Origin: Amoebophrya sp. A120
Lineage: Eukaryota > Protista > Dinoflagellata
Direction: 5' to 3'
Length of the DNA: 64,000 nucleotides
Assembly: GCA_905178155.1 (NCBI GenBank)
Contig: CAJINV010000017.1
Span: 1,403,290-1,467,289 of the forward strand
Notes under the pieces: generated by a model
What the model was told of the DNA's origin: nothing
The model's database searches: none
The model's input: only the letters and a program-made list of their open reading frames with translations
In this document: positions 20,707-31,849 of the stretch, piece by piece
Numbering within the stretch: the first letter of the stretch is position 1
How the letters are laid out: each line of letters opens with the position of its first letter
Made by a program: the position numbers and the translations under genes

Positions 20707-23700
20707 ATGGCAAGTGCAGTCGCAGCCCCTACCGCTGCAGACATAGCTGTTGATACGGCTACAACAACTCCTGCAGCTCCGGTACTAGAAGGTCCTGAAA
20801 GTAGTACGCCGGCGGCAGTCGTGCAAGCAGCCATGATGCCAGAGCACCGGGACACCACTGGAGCAGCCATGCCAGCGGCTCCGGCGCCTGTCCCTGTGGC
20901 TCCGGTGACTGGGTTCGTGCATCAAGTCACTTCCGAGTCGAATGCTACGAGCGGTGCGGACGCTGTAGTGCTCCCTGTAGTTGTGAACAATACCACAACC
21001 GCCCCTGCAGCTGCGGCTGTCGTGCCTAATGTGGACGATGTGCAGCAGGTCGTCCAGGACGCTGGTGGTGTTGGCACGACGTCCGCGTCGTCTCACCCGA
21101 ATGCTAGTAGTGCCGCGCCTGCAATTCCCCAGCACGACCAAGCTGCTGCTTCCGGACAACCAGCTGGCACGACGACGGCGACCCACTCCCACCACCATCA
21201 CCACTCCACCGCAGCTGCCGTCGAGAAAACCACCACCGCTCTGGGTTTAGAGCAAACCACCAACAAACTGGTCGAATCGCTGCAGGTCTACGGGGTCGGG
21301 CCGCTGTGTGCAGTGCAGAAAGCGATCTTCGGCCGGATTGCCCACGGCAACGGGACCACCGCGTCGGGCGTTCTGGGCGAGCAGGTGGCCGCGATGAAGG
21401 TGGCGAAAGTGGTGCAAGATACTGGTGCTCATCAACCGGGAGGTAGTACAACCAAAGGAGGAGCAACTGGCGCAGCGGGGGCAGCGCATTATGCGATGCA
21501 AGATATGCAACCCGGCGTAGTTGGTGGAGCCCCTAGCCCTCCAACCACAGCGACAACTACTGTTCCTACCGCGATTTCCACCCCGGTTAGCAGCCAGGTC
21601 ACTTCTGGCGCCGCGTCCGCCGCTACCCAAACCGCCACGTCCGTCATTGGTAATGCGGATGCCACGGGTTCCCACGCTGCCTCGACGGCGAAACATCATT
21701 TACAGCAAATCGCGATCAACGACGCTATGGTGCAGCTGAGCCACCCGTCTCTGACCGAAGTTGTCCACGCGGCGCAAGTCGCCGGCCTGCACGCCGCAGT
21801 GTATGGTGGTTTATTCGGCGGAGTAACCAGTGTACTGGTTGCGGTTGCGAGCGAATGGCGGAAGAACCAGGTGGTCGTTGAGGAGGCGGGTGCTGTGGAA
21901 GAAGCTGCGGACTCGGCAATGCAAAAGGCCGCCCCAGATGTTGAGAAAGATAGAGGCACGACAAAAATTCTGAGCACCTCCTGCGAAGATGAGATCAAGA
22001 CCGAGCCGACAGGGGCGCTTTCCGCATCTGACAGCTCCGTTGAGGAGGCGAAACATGAAACCGACCCAGTTGAGTTGGCGACGGCTCGTGTAGTTGGGAT
22101 GATGAATACTGAGGACACGACTTCTGTGATGTTGAAGAAGGACTACAAACCTGACGATCTTCAAGCCGGAGAAGTCTCCACTCCCCCCGAAATCACGTCT
22201 ACCTCGTCCATGGAGACCACGGTTGGGGCTCTCGAAGACCATGAGCCGGAATCCGGGTCATTCACGGTTGAAACGCCAGCTAAGGACGGAGAGTTCGGAG
22301 AAGATGGAAAGGAGGGAGCCCCCACCGATCTTAACGACGCTAACCTGAAACCAGCCACAGTTCTCCAACAGAAATTGCTTCAGGAGGAGAGGAGGGCGAG
22401 GGCGTTGAGCAACATCAGCGCTACCGCTACTGGTGGACAGATGAATAAGAGGGAAGACAGTGGAACTACACCAGGCACCACTGGTACAACCGCTACCGCT
22501 CTTAACAAAAAACCGCCACTCCACCAAATCGCTTTGCGCGGTTTCGTCCAGGGCGCCTTCCCGGCGGCTGTTTCCGCTGCAGCAACGAGTGCTACGACCG
22601 ATATTGTTCTGCTCTTCAAACTGCACGAGGCGCTGCAACACACATTATCTTCGACCTACATTTACGCTTTGCAAGTCGCTTCCGCCGTGGACCACACGAC
22701 GAGTTACATGTTTCTCCTGCTCCCTCTCCCCCTTCCGGCCGTGCATTTGTCACCGTCTTTTATGTTCACGAATGGAAACACGTCGAACTTGCTCGCCGCA
22801 ACGACACTAAGTTCGCTGAACGGGTCGATCGCGGCACACCACTTAACGACCGCCGTTACTGTCGCGGCTGCTTCCGGCGCCTTGGCCGGGGGGTTAGTCA
22901 TGATGGGGTTGGACCGGTACAGGGGGGTGCCGTTGAAAAAATCGTTGACGATTTTCACAGCTGGTTTGCTTGGTAACATCCTTGGTGTGCTGACGATTGG
23001 TCCAGTGGGGGGTGCGTTGACCGGCGTGGCATTTAGATTATTGGCAGAGGAGGGAATTCGAATCCCCCTGCAGGAGTGCATCCGGCATTTGTGGACGCAC
23101 CAAGTGCCGAGAGCGGTTGGGTTTGTGACCGAGGAGATGCGGGAGTTTTGGGAGAAAGTGAACGAGTTCCTAGTGACGGTTCAGGAGAGCGACTTAGTGG
23201 AGCGCGGGTCGCGGTCCTGCGAGAGCGGTCGTTTATTTATTTCGGGCAGGAGTTGCTGCTTGGGCCCGGCGGAGTTCCTGTTTGCTGCGAAGGGAAGATG
23301 CGGAGGTGGGGGAAAAGAAAAGCAGTTTTCGAACGGACGTGTGGAAAAAGAAAACAAGCAAGCTCTAAAACAGTCTGGCGGAGTGACCGACGAAAAGTCC
23401 GCCCAACCCGAGTCAGCGGCACAGAACCTGGCGCCGGGTAGTCACGAAGAACAGGTTAACGATCACGAAATCGAAACCGAAAACCTTGAGTCCGCCGGTA
23501 CCGGGGGGTCTGAAAACGAGACCTCCGATAAGAAACAGCAATTAAAGCCACTGGTCACGTCGTGGTTTGAGTACCCGGATTTTTCGTTGCTTGAGCAGTC
23601 CGGGAAGGCGGTTGCCGAATCCTACGTGTGGTTGGAGGAAACTTATTCTTCTGCGAAGGAGAGAATCCACAGGATTTGCGCGACTGGGGCTGAAAAAGAA

Positions 23701-24081
23701 AAAGGAGAGCAGCAGCCGGGTTCGTCTTCCTCGGTGGCCGATGTTCACGTCGACGCTGAAGGTAAAAAAGCTTCTGCCGTGGATGATGTAGTAGAGGGGA
23801 ATCTCGATCTTGATGGTGAGAAGACATCACGTGGCGGCTTGCACGTGCCGCAAGAAGAGATTGAAACCGCGAATGCGGAAGCGGATGGAGCACATTGTGG
23901 AGGCTCAAACGCAGCTGGTGCTGGTCTTGCAGAACAAAAATCTCAGGCTAGTACTGAAACGGAAGTGCCCGACGAAGCGCAGCAGGAAAAAGAGGCAGAG
24001 GAGGATGGGCCTAAGGTCCTCGGTGACGAAAATAATGAAACTGCCACTCACCCTGCAGAATCCGTCGGAAGCGATGAATGA
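20707..24081 (+). CDS. 1124-aa Ala/Thr-rich hypothetical protein with Gly-rich hydrophobic (putative transmembrane) segments
   Basis: Long intronless ORF with a GCCACCGCCATGG start context. Hydrophobic stretches AAVYGGLFGGVTSVLVAV, AAASGALAGGLVMMGL and IFTAGLLGNILGVLTIGPVGGALTGVAF. Confidence 0.75.
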   Translation: MASAVAAPTAADIAVDTATTTPAAPVLEGPESSTPAAVVQAAMMPEHRDTTGAAMPAAPAPVPVAPVTGFVHQVTSESNATSGADAVVLPVVVNNTTTAPAAAAVVPNVDDVQQVVQDAGGVGTTSASSHPNASSAAPAIPQHDQAAASGQPAGTTTATHSHHHHHSTAAAVEKTTTALGLEQTTNKLVESLQVYGVGPLCAVQKAIFGRIAHGNGTTASGVLGEQVAAMKVAKVVQDTGAHQPGGSTTKGGATGAAGAAHYAMQDMQPGVVGGAPSPPTTATTTVPTAISTPVSSQVTSGAASAATQTATSVIGNADATGSHAASTAKHHLQQIAINDAMVQLSHPSLTEVVHAAQVAGLHAAVYGGLFGGVTSVLVAVASEWRKNQVVVEEAGAVEEAADSAMQKAAPDVEKDRGTTKILSTSCEDEIKTEPTGALSASDSSVEEAKHETDPVELATARVVGMMNTEDTTSVMLKKDYKPDDLQAGEVSTPPEITSTSSMETTVGALEDHEPESGSFTVETPAKDGEFGEDGKEGAPTDLNDANLKPATVLQQKLLQEERRARALSNISATATGGQMNKREDSGTTPGTTGTTATALNKKPPLHQIALRGFVQGAFPAAVSAAATSATTDIVLLFKLHEALQHTLSSTYIYALQVASAVDHTTSYMFLLLPLPLPAVHLSPSFMFTNGNTSNLLAATTLSSLNGSIAAHHLTTAVTVAAASGALAGGLVMMGLDRYRGVPLKKSLTIFTAGLLGNILGVLTIGPVGGALTGVAFRLLAEEGIRIPLQECIRHLWTHQVPRAVGFVTEEMREFWEKVNEFLVTVQESDLVERGSRSCESGRLFISGRSCCLGPAEFLFAAKGRCGGGGKEKQFSNGRVEKENKQALKQSGGVTDEKSAQPESAAQNLAPGSHEEQVNDHEIETENLESAGTGGSENETSDKKQQLKPLVTSWFEYPDFSLLEQSGKAVAESYVWLEETYSSAKERIHRICATGAEKEKGEQQPGSSSSVADVHVDAEGKKASAVDDVVEGNLDLDGEKTSRGGLHVPQEEIETANAEADGAHCGGSNAAGAGLAEQKSQASTETEVPDEAQQEKEAEEDGPKVLGDENNETATHPAESVGSDE

Positions 24082-24678
24082 GATAGAGACTGAAGCTTGA
24101 TACTATTTAGTTTTGTCCCATTGCGGACGTCGTGCTTTAGCACGACCTGGAATGACCGACTCCAGGAGGGATGCGTCATCCGATAAATTCCAAATCCTAT
24201 CAAGATAGGAAAGTACTAACTTCCTTACACTAGCAGCAGCATCGCTGCTGATCCTCAAAGGAGGATCTTCTGAATCTTTAATTTCGACACACGACGAGTG
24301 CTTCATAGCACCGAAATTGCACGACCTGTTGCTTGAGAGCACAGGGATTGGACTAGATGAAACGCATATTTTTTCATCTTCTTTCTTGTAGGTACAGACT
24401 CTCCGTTTGACGCCTGCAACGTTCTTGTAAGCCATATACGATGAAAAAGTTTTATATTTATAGCCGATTGCTTTTTTGCTTGGACGAATGTGTGTCAGTT
24501 TAGGGTCACATGCAAAGGTGCTGCCTCTGACAGTGACAGCAATGGAAACTTGAGGATGGGCATGATTGACTTTGGAAAGATCATGACACGTGATGCAAAC
24601 GAGCATCGAGCTACGAAAACAGTATTTTTTCATCTTGGATAATGTTGCCTACAAATTGAACGGCACTACTATAAAATG

Positions 24679-24788
24679 ATACTTACCTGCTCCTGCGGCT
24701 GCGGGGGGCCACTTCTGAGAGGAGGTGATTATTGCCGGCGGTTCGACGAACAACAGTTTTTCTGCTCAGTCTCAACACTGTGTTTTTT
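24679..24788 (+). ncRNA. Candidate divergent U1 snRNA
   Basis: Begins ATACTTACCTG, the exact U1 5' end. Followed by two strong hairpins, a small hairpin, a U-rich AGTTTTTCTG tract, a final hairpin and T6. Lacks the canonical U1-70K and U1A loops, and could instead be a minus-strand splice donor. Confidence 0.3.
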
Positions 24789-25273
24789 CCGAGTCACCAG
24801 TCCCCGATCACCTTCGACGGATCTCCAATTCAGTTCACGTACATTTCAAGAGATCACGACGCAAGATGGCATTTCGTGTCCCGCCTAAGATCGATCCAAG
24901 ATTAGTTGTCATATTAAACTGCCACATGCAGACAATGTCGTTGATTGAATGACGTGCACGAGCTTCTATGATTGAAGAACAGTCATGCGTGGTTTGTTGG
25001 GTTTTTTTTATTTCCAAGGAAGAGCGACAACCAAAAACAAGAACTCTGATTACAACGTAAGTACTTATAACCACACGTCGAGACACCACGAAAGCCTAGT
25101 ATAGTACTTACGCAAACAACGTTTGCCTTACGCGACTTCTTTATTTTTTCATCGGACATCAACGCATGATCGGTCAATAAATAGTGCGTTCAATATTCTT
25201 ACATTCATAGTGTAATAACACCTCCTACCTCGTCTTTTTGCTCTGCAGCCCTGTATCCTGACCAGGAACAGCA

Positions 25274-25927
25274 ATGGCGCCCCCCGTGATTGAAGATCCT
25301 GCTCGAAAAGTGCACCAGTACGCCGCCGGTAGCACTGCGCAGCTGGTTCCTCCCGCTGCGGTCCGCGCGGAGAGCCTGCAATCCCTGCACTCTTCCATCG
25401 GCATGCACCTGCTGGAGAATTTTGACTCGATTGTGGCGCGCCAGGTGAATACGTTGTCCATCAACGCGTGGGAACTGTGCGGCATGAAGAAACTAGGGCA
25501 GGGAAATGAGCTCTTCGGCGTTGGAAAGGGGTTGAAGTTGAAGATTTTGAGTTTCCTCGGCGACGAGGATATGTTTGACGACGAGGTCGACACATTATTC
25601 GCCGAAAAAATCCAGAAACAGCAACACCAAGACCACGAAAAGCGTTGCAAGGCGGTGCTGAGGAAAATAAAACGGGAAATCACAAAAGCAGTGCAGGCAG
25701 ACCACTGTACCAAAAGCAAATGCTTTTGGTGGCGGGCCGACGCACTGGACACGGCGGCCTATCCCACGGGGCCGCAAACGCCATCGGACGCGCGAGTTGG
25801 CTCGGGCGATCAAACGTTTTTCGACTTTAGCGATATGAGGATGATCCGCTTGATCGAGCAGACCGGGCTCACCGTTGTCTGGTACGGGATATACGATGGG
25901 GGTTATCTGCTGGAAATTGGATGGTGA
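25274..25927 (+). CDS. 217-aa hypothetical protein, paralogue of 26890..27603
   Basis: Shares TAQLVP..AVRA.S, ARQ.N.LSIN.WELCGMKK, LFGVG.GLKLKIL.FLG, HEKRC.AVL.KI and terminal GY.L..GW with its neighbour. Confidence 0.8.
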   Translation: MAPPVIEDPARKVHQYAAGSTAQLVPPAAVRAESLQSLHSSIGMHLLENFDSIVARQVNTLSINAWELCGMKKLGQGNELFGVGKGLKLKILSFLGDEDMFDDEVDTLFAEKIQKQQHQDHEKRCKAVLRKIKREITKAVQADHCTKSKCFWWRADALDTAAYPTGPQTPSDARVGSGDQTFFDFSDMRMIRLIEQTGLTVVWYGIYDGGYLLEIGW

Positions 25928-26889
25928 GTGTGGTATAGATATAAAGTAGAAGAAGTAAAAGACAGGCACGAAGAAGCTGAAGCGGAAGCCTCTCCAGGCA
26001 CAACCGCCAGCACCATGCGCACACGACATAACGGACCGACAATTTTGGTTTTGCTTATCCTCACCAGGCGCCCGCACGCGGTGTTGGATTTGGAACTCGC
26101 TGTATGAATGAATTTCCGTTTCGCAATCCTCCTCCTCGTTGGTGACGAGGACGAAGATAGGATCCTTTCTTTAAACGATCAGGAAAGGTATTTATTAAAG
26201 CGCAAGCAGTAGATCTAGGTGAATTATGAGGCGCATGATTTTTCTTCTGCGGTATGGGACATTGATAGGCAATCTGTTCGTTCTCGCGATCCGTTCTACG
26301 TTTACAATGTACATCACGGAGAGCAGAACCTCATACATGAAGATCCTATCTGATCTCTGTCTTGTCGTGATACAGCTCATCTTTAACCTTCTGATCTACT
26401 TTATTGATATCAAACACAAACTCGTGGTGTAGTACATGGCTTGCTCCTTCTGCTCCGACGAGCATGAAGATCGATGCACCATCCTTGAAGAAGATCCGAT
26501 GTGTTATGTGATGTAAGACACAGAATTTCTGCCTCGGATAAGTCATACAAAGCAAAAGCCTGCTCATGGAATGTGTCGTCAGCCCCACAGCTATTTCTGC
26601 GCCAGGGTGAACGCACGTGTGCACGTTGTAGCATTTCTCACATACAACGAATTATCATTATGGAGGACACAAGTAAGGAAAAATAGGGAGCTATCAACAC
26701 ACGACTACATTAGAGGCACGACATACATTTTTTCGAAGTACACAAATTTTTGACTTGTGTCACTTCGACTACGCGTCCTAGCGCAAGCACAACAGACGTG
26801 CTGTTCTCCATTTCTGTGTAAGTTTTCAAACCTCCACGACCGAATATCCATTTTGTCAAAACTTTCTCTCCGAAACTGAATTTTGCTGC

Positions 26890-27603
26890 ATGTTCCGACT
26901 GCTAGCTACTCGCTTGTTTACAGACACCAGCTCCGAAGACAAGATGCCAGCAGCTTCTGATCGAAGTGGGGAAGAAAAGCACGACACCGCCAGCACCACG
27001 GCCCAGCTCGTGCCATTGACCGCGGTCCGTGCGAAATCCGCCAAGGAGATGCAATTTCAGATCGGAAAGCATGTCCTGGAAAACATCGACACCATTGCGG
27101 CGCGCCAGATCAACAAATTGTCGATCAACACCTGGGAGCTGTGTGGGATGAAGAAAATGCGTTGCGGATCGTCTCAGCTTTTCGGCGTGGGGCAGGGGTT
27201 GAAGTTGAAAATCTTAGAGTTTTTGGGAAATGACCTCTCCGCCCAGATTGCGGCCCACGTGGATACGTTGTTCACGGAAAAAGTGCGCAAGGCTCAGTCA
27301 ATCCGGCATGAGAAGAGATGCGTCGCGGTATTGGAGAAGATCATGAAAGATATTTGGGGTAAGGTTGAGAGCGGTCACGGGTACACCAAGAGTATGAATT
27401 GGCTGTGGAACAATGGAGAGGACGCCCTTTGCAAAGTTGCTTTCCCCGATGGTGGAGAGCAGGTCGACGTCCATGCATTTTTCGCCTTCGACAATCGCAA
27501 AATGGAAAAAATGATCAAAGACGCTGGCCTCGAAATTAAGGCTATTACTTGGTGCAGCGTGTCGCACTCCCAATATGGTTATCGGCTACAACTTGGCTGG
27601 TGA
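26890..27603 (+). CDS. 237-aa hypothetical protein, paralogue of 25274..25927 (may start at ATG 26943)
   Basis: Colinear protein similarity to the upstream ORF with many synonymous differences. Confidence 0.8.
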   Translation: MFRLLATRLFTDTSSEDKMPAASDRSGEEKHDTASTTAQLVPLTAVRAKSAKEMQFQIGKHVLENIDTIAARQINKLSINTWELCGMKKMRCGSSQLFGVGQGLKLKILEFLGNDLSAQIAAHVDTLFTEKVRKAQSIRHEKRCVAVLEKIMKDIWGKVESGHGYTKSMNWLWNNGEDALCKVAFPDGGEQVDVHAFFAFDNRKMEKMIKDAGLEIKAITWCSVSHSQYGYRLQLGW

Positions 27604-28985
27604 TAAAGAATCACGCCGGAGGTCAAACAAGTTGATCGAGCCCGATATGGAGGAACAGGAAAGCGTTCATCTTTACTTTGCTATAGTAAAAAGTTTTTTT
27701 TAAAGTTGTACTCATTCCATGGTGTTGTACGCGAGTTCCGTAGTCGTTTTGAAGAACTATACCTATGCTTTTTTGTTGTTTATCTTTCAATAGCTACAGT
27801 GGAGGACCCAATCTGATCACGATCTTGCCTTTTCGGTGGATGTGTGCAGCTCACCCACCATCACCCATGCTGTATTCACGACAGTCAAGACCTTCTGGCT
27901 GTACCCCAATGACGTGGTCACGAAAGGACGAACCGAAGACTTTCCGCATCGCTCTGCAACGAATAGAGCGGCTGTATTTAGTTGTTGAGACAGACACAGA
28001 TCGGCGACATAGCATCAACAATCGAGGCCGTACGTACCGCTAATCGTCTTTTGTCCAAGGAAGCAATCTATAGTTCTCTGCCTTCCCCCTAAAAGAATCA
28101 CAAAAGCACATTATCGCGTTACCAAAACAATGTGGACATGCCGAAGGCTATTTCCATTCTAAAGCTAAAGAGCCCGAGGCAGATACTTGAATAACCTTAA
28201 CCTTGAGAAAACGTGTTTTCACATACATTAATAAAAAAACGAGGATTTATTTCGTGGTGGCAAAACCACTTGAGTCCCCTACTACGTACGTCTAGACTGT
28301 CACAACTTCCAGCTACGAGCAGGAAGTAGAGGTTCTATTTTTGGGAAAGCCACCCTTAACCAGTGTCCAGTGGTGGTAAAACCACAGATATGTTCCCCCG
28401 CACGAGCAGCTAGACGTTCCGCAAACTCATTTTTTTTCGCGCAAGAAGAACAACAAGAAAAAATTGTCGAACCGTACCTCCACAAATTCAGTGGACTCAT
28501 TCTGAATGTACGATTTGTTTGCCCGTTTTCAAGAAAAACAAAAAGAAATAATGGGTCGGGAAACATTCTTGGTAAAGAGAAAGAGTAAGGCACGTACGAG
28601 AATCCTGTAACTGTTCTATAATCTATTTTGTAGCTTGCAGTTTGGTACCTTTTTCGTGTTGCGTTCCTTTCTTGAGTCGGAGAGCTGCTCAGGTCTGAGA
28701 GATAAGGAGTTGCTAGACGAAATCAAGAAAAAAAAACAAGAGAGACAAAGTAGATGATCTGGTGCTCTCGAGAGACAATCGAACACTTTGCGATGTCGTT
28801 ATGCTGTCCTTCGTTCATCTACTGAGCAAAACGAGGACATGAAGCCGTCAGATTATCGCCGCAGAAGTATGCAATATGGAAACTCAGCAATATTTTTAGG
28901 CAAGAACGTCGAAGGGACGTGCCGGTAGTACTGAAAAGCAGCTTCATCTACCACCCACCAAACAGCTTTTTCAAACACAAAAGCC

Positions 28986-30942
28986 ATGGTCGCCCAAGAG
29001 CAAGGCCGCGCCGAGCGCATCGCGCAGCTGCAGCTGATGCTGCAAACGGCGGAGAACAAATTGCCTGGCTGCAGCAGCTCCACCAGCGGGGCCTCATCCG
29101 CGAAAAATATGAACGCCGCCAATTTCTACCCCAAGAAGCAGCAGTTCGTTTGCACGAAGCAGGGGCAGCGGCTCTACTCCGGAAGATTCGGCGACGGGGA
29201 GAAAAACAACCACGAGCCCAGAGCATTTACCCGTACCTGTCTCCGCCGGGAAGAGGACGCAGCAGTGATGGAGACGCTGAAGCTAACCGCTTCTGGAGCA
29301 GCGAACGAAGGAGGGGAACAGCAAACCGTTTTCGGTCTACCCTCGTGGTCCCCGCGAAGAGGGGGTGCGGGGCATATTACGACACGGCGGAAAGGAGGTC
29401 TATTCGCGACCGGGGAAGCGGGGAACCGGAATAAGATGGAAACTGTGCGATCGCTGTTGGGAGGAGACGAGGACAAGATGCAGGTACAGTTTTTCTTTGA
29501 TTTTAGGTTTTTTTTTTGTTGCAGCATAGTACCACGTGCTCAGGTTGATTAGGAGTCAAATGAAGCATGAAAGTCGGCAAGAAAAACCCCGATTTCGATA
29601 TTGAACCACAGTCCACCCGCAAGCTCGCACCACCATCCCGTCCGGAAGACATAGACACCACGTGCACGAAAACGCACTTCTTTCCCGCTACTCGGTCCCA
29701 GCAGAAAACCACCTACAACGTGGCGCTCGACGGCCGCAGTCTCCAGTTCGACGTGACCTGTCTGACGAAGACGAGTTCGAGTCTGAAACGGTACACGCTG
29801 GTCTACGATTTGTTTGACAACCAGTTGAAGGTCGTGATCCCGGAGTACGCGGTGAAGGACGGACTTGAGCAGGTGGACGCTTTTGGAAATTTCGTGAAGA
29901 AGGGCTACTACCGGAATGGGGAGAAAAACAACAAACTCTTCTCCCCGACAGACTTCGCTTCAATCGGCGCGGAGTTCGAGCTGCAGGGCTTGAAATTCCG
30001 CGTGGAAGGGATGTGCCCGTTTGCGAGCCAGTACTTGGAACGGAATCCGAGTAAGAGTAAGGAGGTTGCTGCTGGTGCTGCTCAGGAGGAGGTGCCGAGT
30101 GCGGCAGGTGCTGCAAATACGACAGCGAAGCCGGAACTGTCTGCTACCACCGTTTTCAAGATTCCCTCTGTCGCCTCCGCTGCCGCAGCGCCGGTTTCTG
30201 AGTCTACGTTGAGCCAGATGCTGAAACAGTTGATCACCACGATGCAGCAGCAGGACCCGCGAAAACTGTTTCGGCAATTCGACAAAGAAAAGGACAACGT
30301 GCTGTGCTTTCAGGATTTTCAGGTAGGATTTCCCTTCATGATCATGTGATAAAAGTTTCATGCAGTTGGTTTAAATCAACATGTTGCAATCTCATGGCAT
30401 TTGTGAAGCACAATAGCAAGCGAAAAGAACACTTCAATCCAAATCAGGCCCTCCTCTTCGCCTACGGCTACCGTCTCCGTGCGGTCGACGCTTCCCGCCT
30501 GTTCCACTTTTTCACTCCCGCTCCGTCCACTGCGATCAAATTCGAGGAGTTTCTGAAAATCTTACATCGGGATTACGCGAAAGTCGATTTGATCGAACTC
30601 ACTCCCTTTTCCGAAGAACAGTTTCTGAATTTGAAAAAGTCGGTTGACGAACTGCAATTCCAGAAAAACACGAGGAAGAACTTGCAGCAGATGGCATCAC
30701 TTGTCGCGAGAAGCTCCTGGAAGCACCAGATTCTGCAAAAATTTCGACAGCGCGAGAAGTCCAACGTGTGCTTCGTGTCGGCGGCGGAGGTTTGCGACGC
30801 GTTTTCGATCGCAACGGGGGTTGGGTTCAGTGTGGAAGAAGTGGAAAACGCGCTGTGCTTGCTGTACAAAAAGGAAGATGTAGAGGCGAAGATTTCCTAC
30901 GTGCGGCTCATTGCCGACTTGGAACGGGTGCATTATGGGTGA
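28986..30942 (+). CDS. Second DM10-like + EF-hand protein, 3 exons
   Basis: Exons 28986-29483, ~29702/29705-30322, 30448-30942 with GT-AG introns. DM10-like YTLVYDLFDNQL..FVKKGYY..TDFASIGAEFELQGLKFRV..CPFASQY. Its EF-hand FRQFDKEKDNVLCFQDFQALLFAYGY parallels that of the 16725 gene. Confidence 0.75.
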
Positions 30943-31849
30943 GTAGAGGCGTGGCACCGTTCTATTTTTTGTGGTGCGGAAATTTGATTGACAACGCCAA
31001 TGAATTACTACCCATTTTGAACTTTCATGAACGTTCTCGCGCCACCCATAGTAGTACCACTGCGTGGGGTGAACAAGACGTTCGTACTTGAGCTTAACTT
31101 TTTTACTGTGCTTTTTTTTTCGTGTAAAATCTAGAATGCAACTGCGTACCGCTGAATGAAAACTTAATGATACCAAGAGTTGAAGAACGAGAGTGCCAGT
31201 GCGAGAGTTGAGCTACTGTTTTATCGAAATTTACACAAACAACGTGACGCCGTGTCTCTGACCGATGCGGCAATGAATTGTTTTTATGTTTCTTTTTCAA
31301 CGAACACAAACTTATTTCACTTGAACTTTTCGAGATTCACGCAGTACGGACTACGGTGCTGGCTCGCGGGAGCAAGCAGAAGTCTTGAGCTTACCTTTAT
31401 TTGAGAATACAGAACAGAACTTGACTAGTAGGGATGACGAAGTAAAAGTCAATGACTGAGAGCTAATTTTTCAAAATGAGAATCTTTCCTGAAGAAAACA
31501 AATTTAGGAAGAGCTTTGACGTCCTGTCGTTTGGACAACACAGTAAATTCATTTTCTCTTGTCACTCCTTGTCCTTGGGCCGCCTGGCGCGACTTTCAAA
31601 AGCGCTCGAGCTGAGCAGCCGTTCTCGTTCTGCCCTGTTCTTTGTGCCCAGAGCAAACAAGATCAGACGATGATGGGATCAAGCAGGAGGTCCAGGATTT
31701 CTTCGTTCGTACTCGGTCTCGTTCAACATCATATAGATGTGTAGTTTTGTTCAGATCGGTCGGTATTCCTTGCGCAGCAGAGATCGCATGGTCTCATATC
31801 TCGCTGCTTGCCTTTCCTCCACATAAAATCGTACACGAATGAAAATAAA

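Noticed and set aside
24103-24633. 176-aa minus-strand ORF
   Set aside because: No recognisable domain and opposite to the gene block; it would matter only if the 24679 motif proves to be a donor.
26848-26860. CCATTTTGTCAAA as a relict spliced leader before an intronless gene
   Set aside because: Short, gapped match that is expected by chance in AT-rich DNA.
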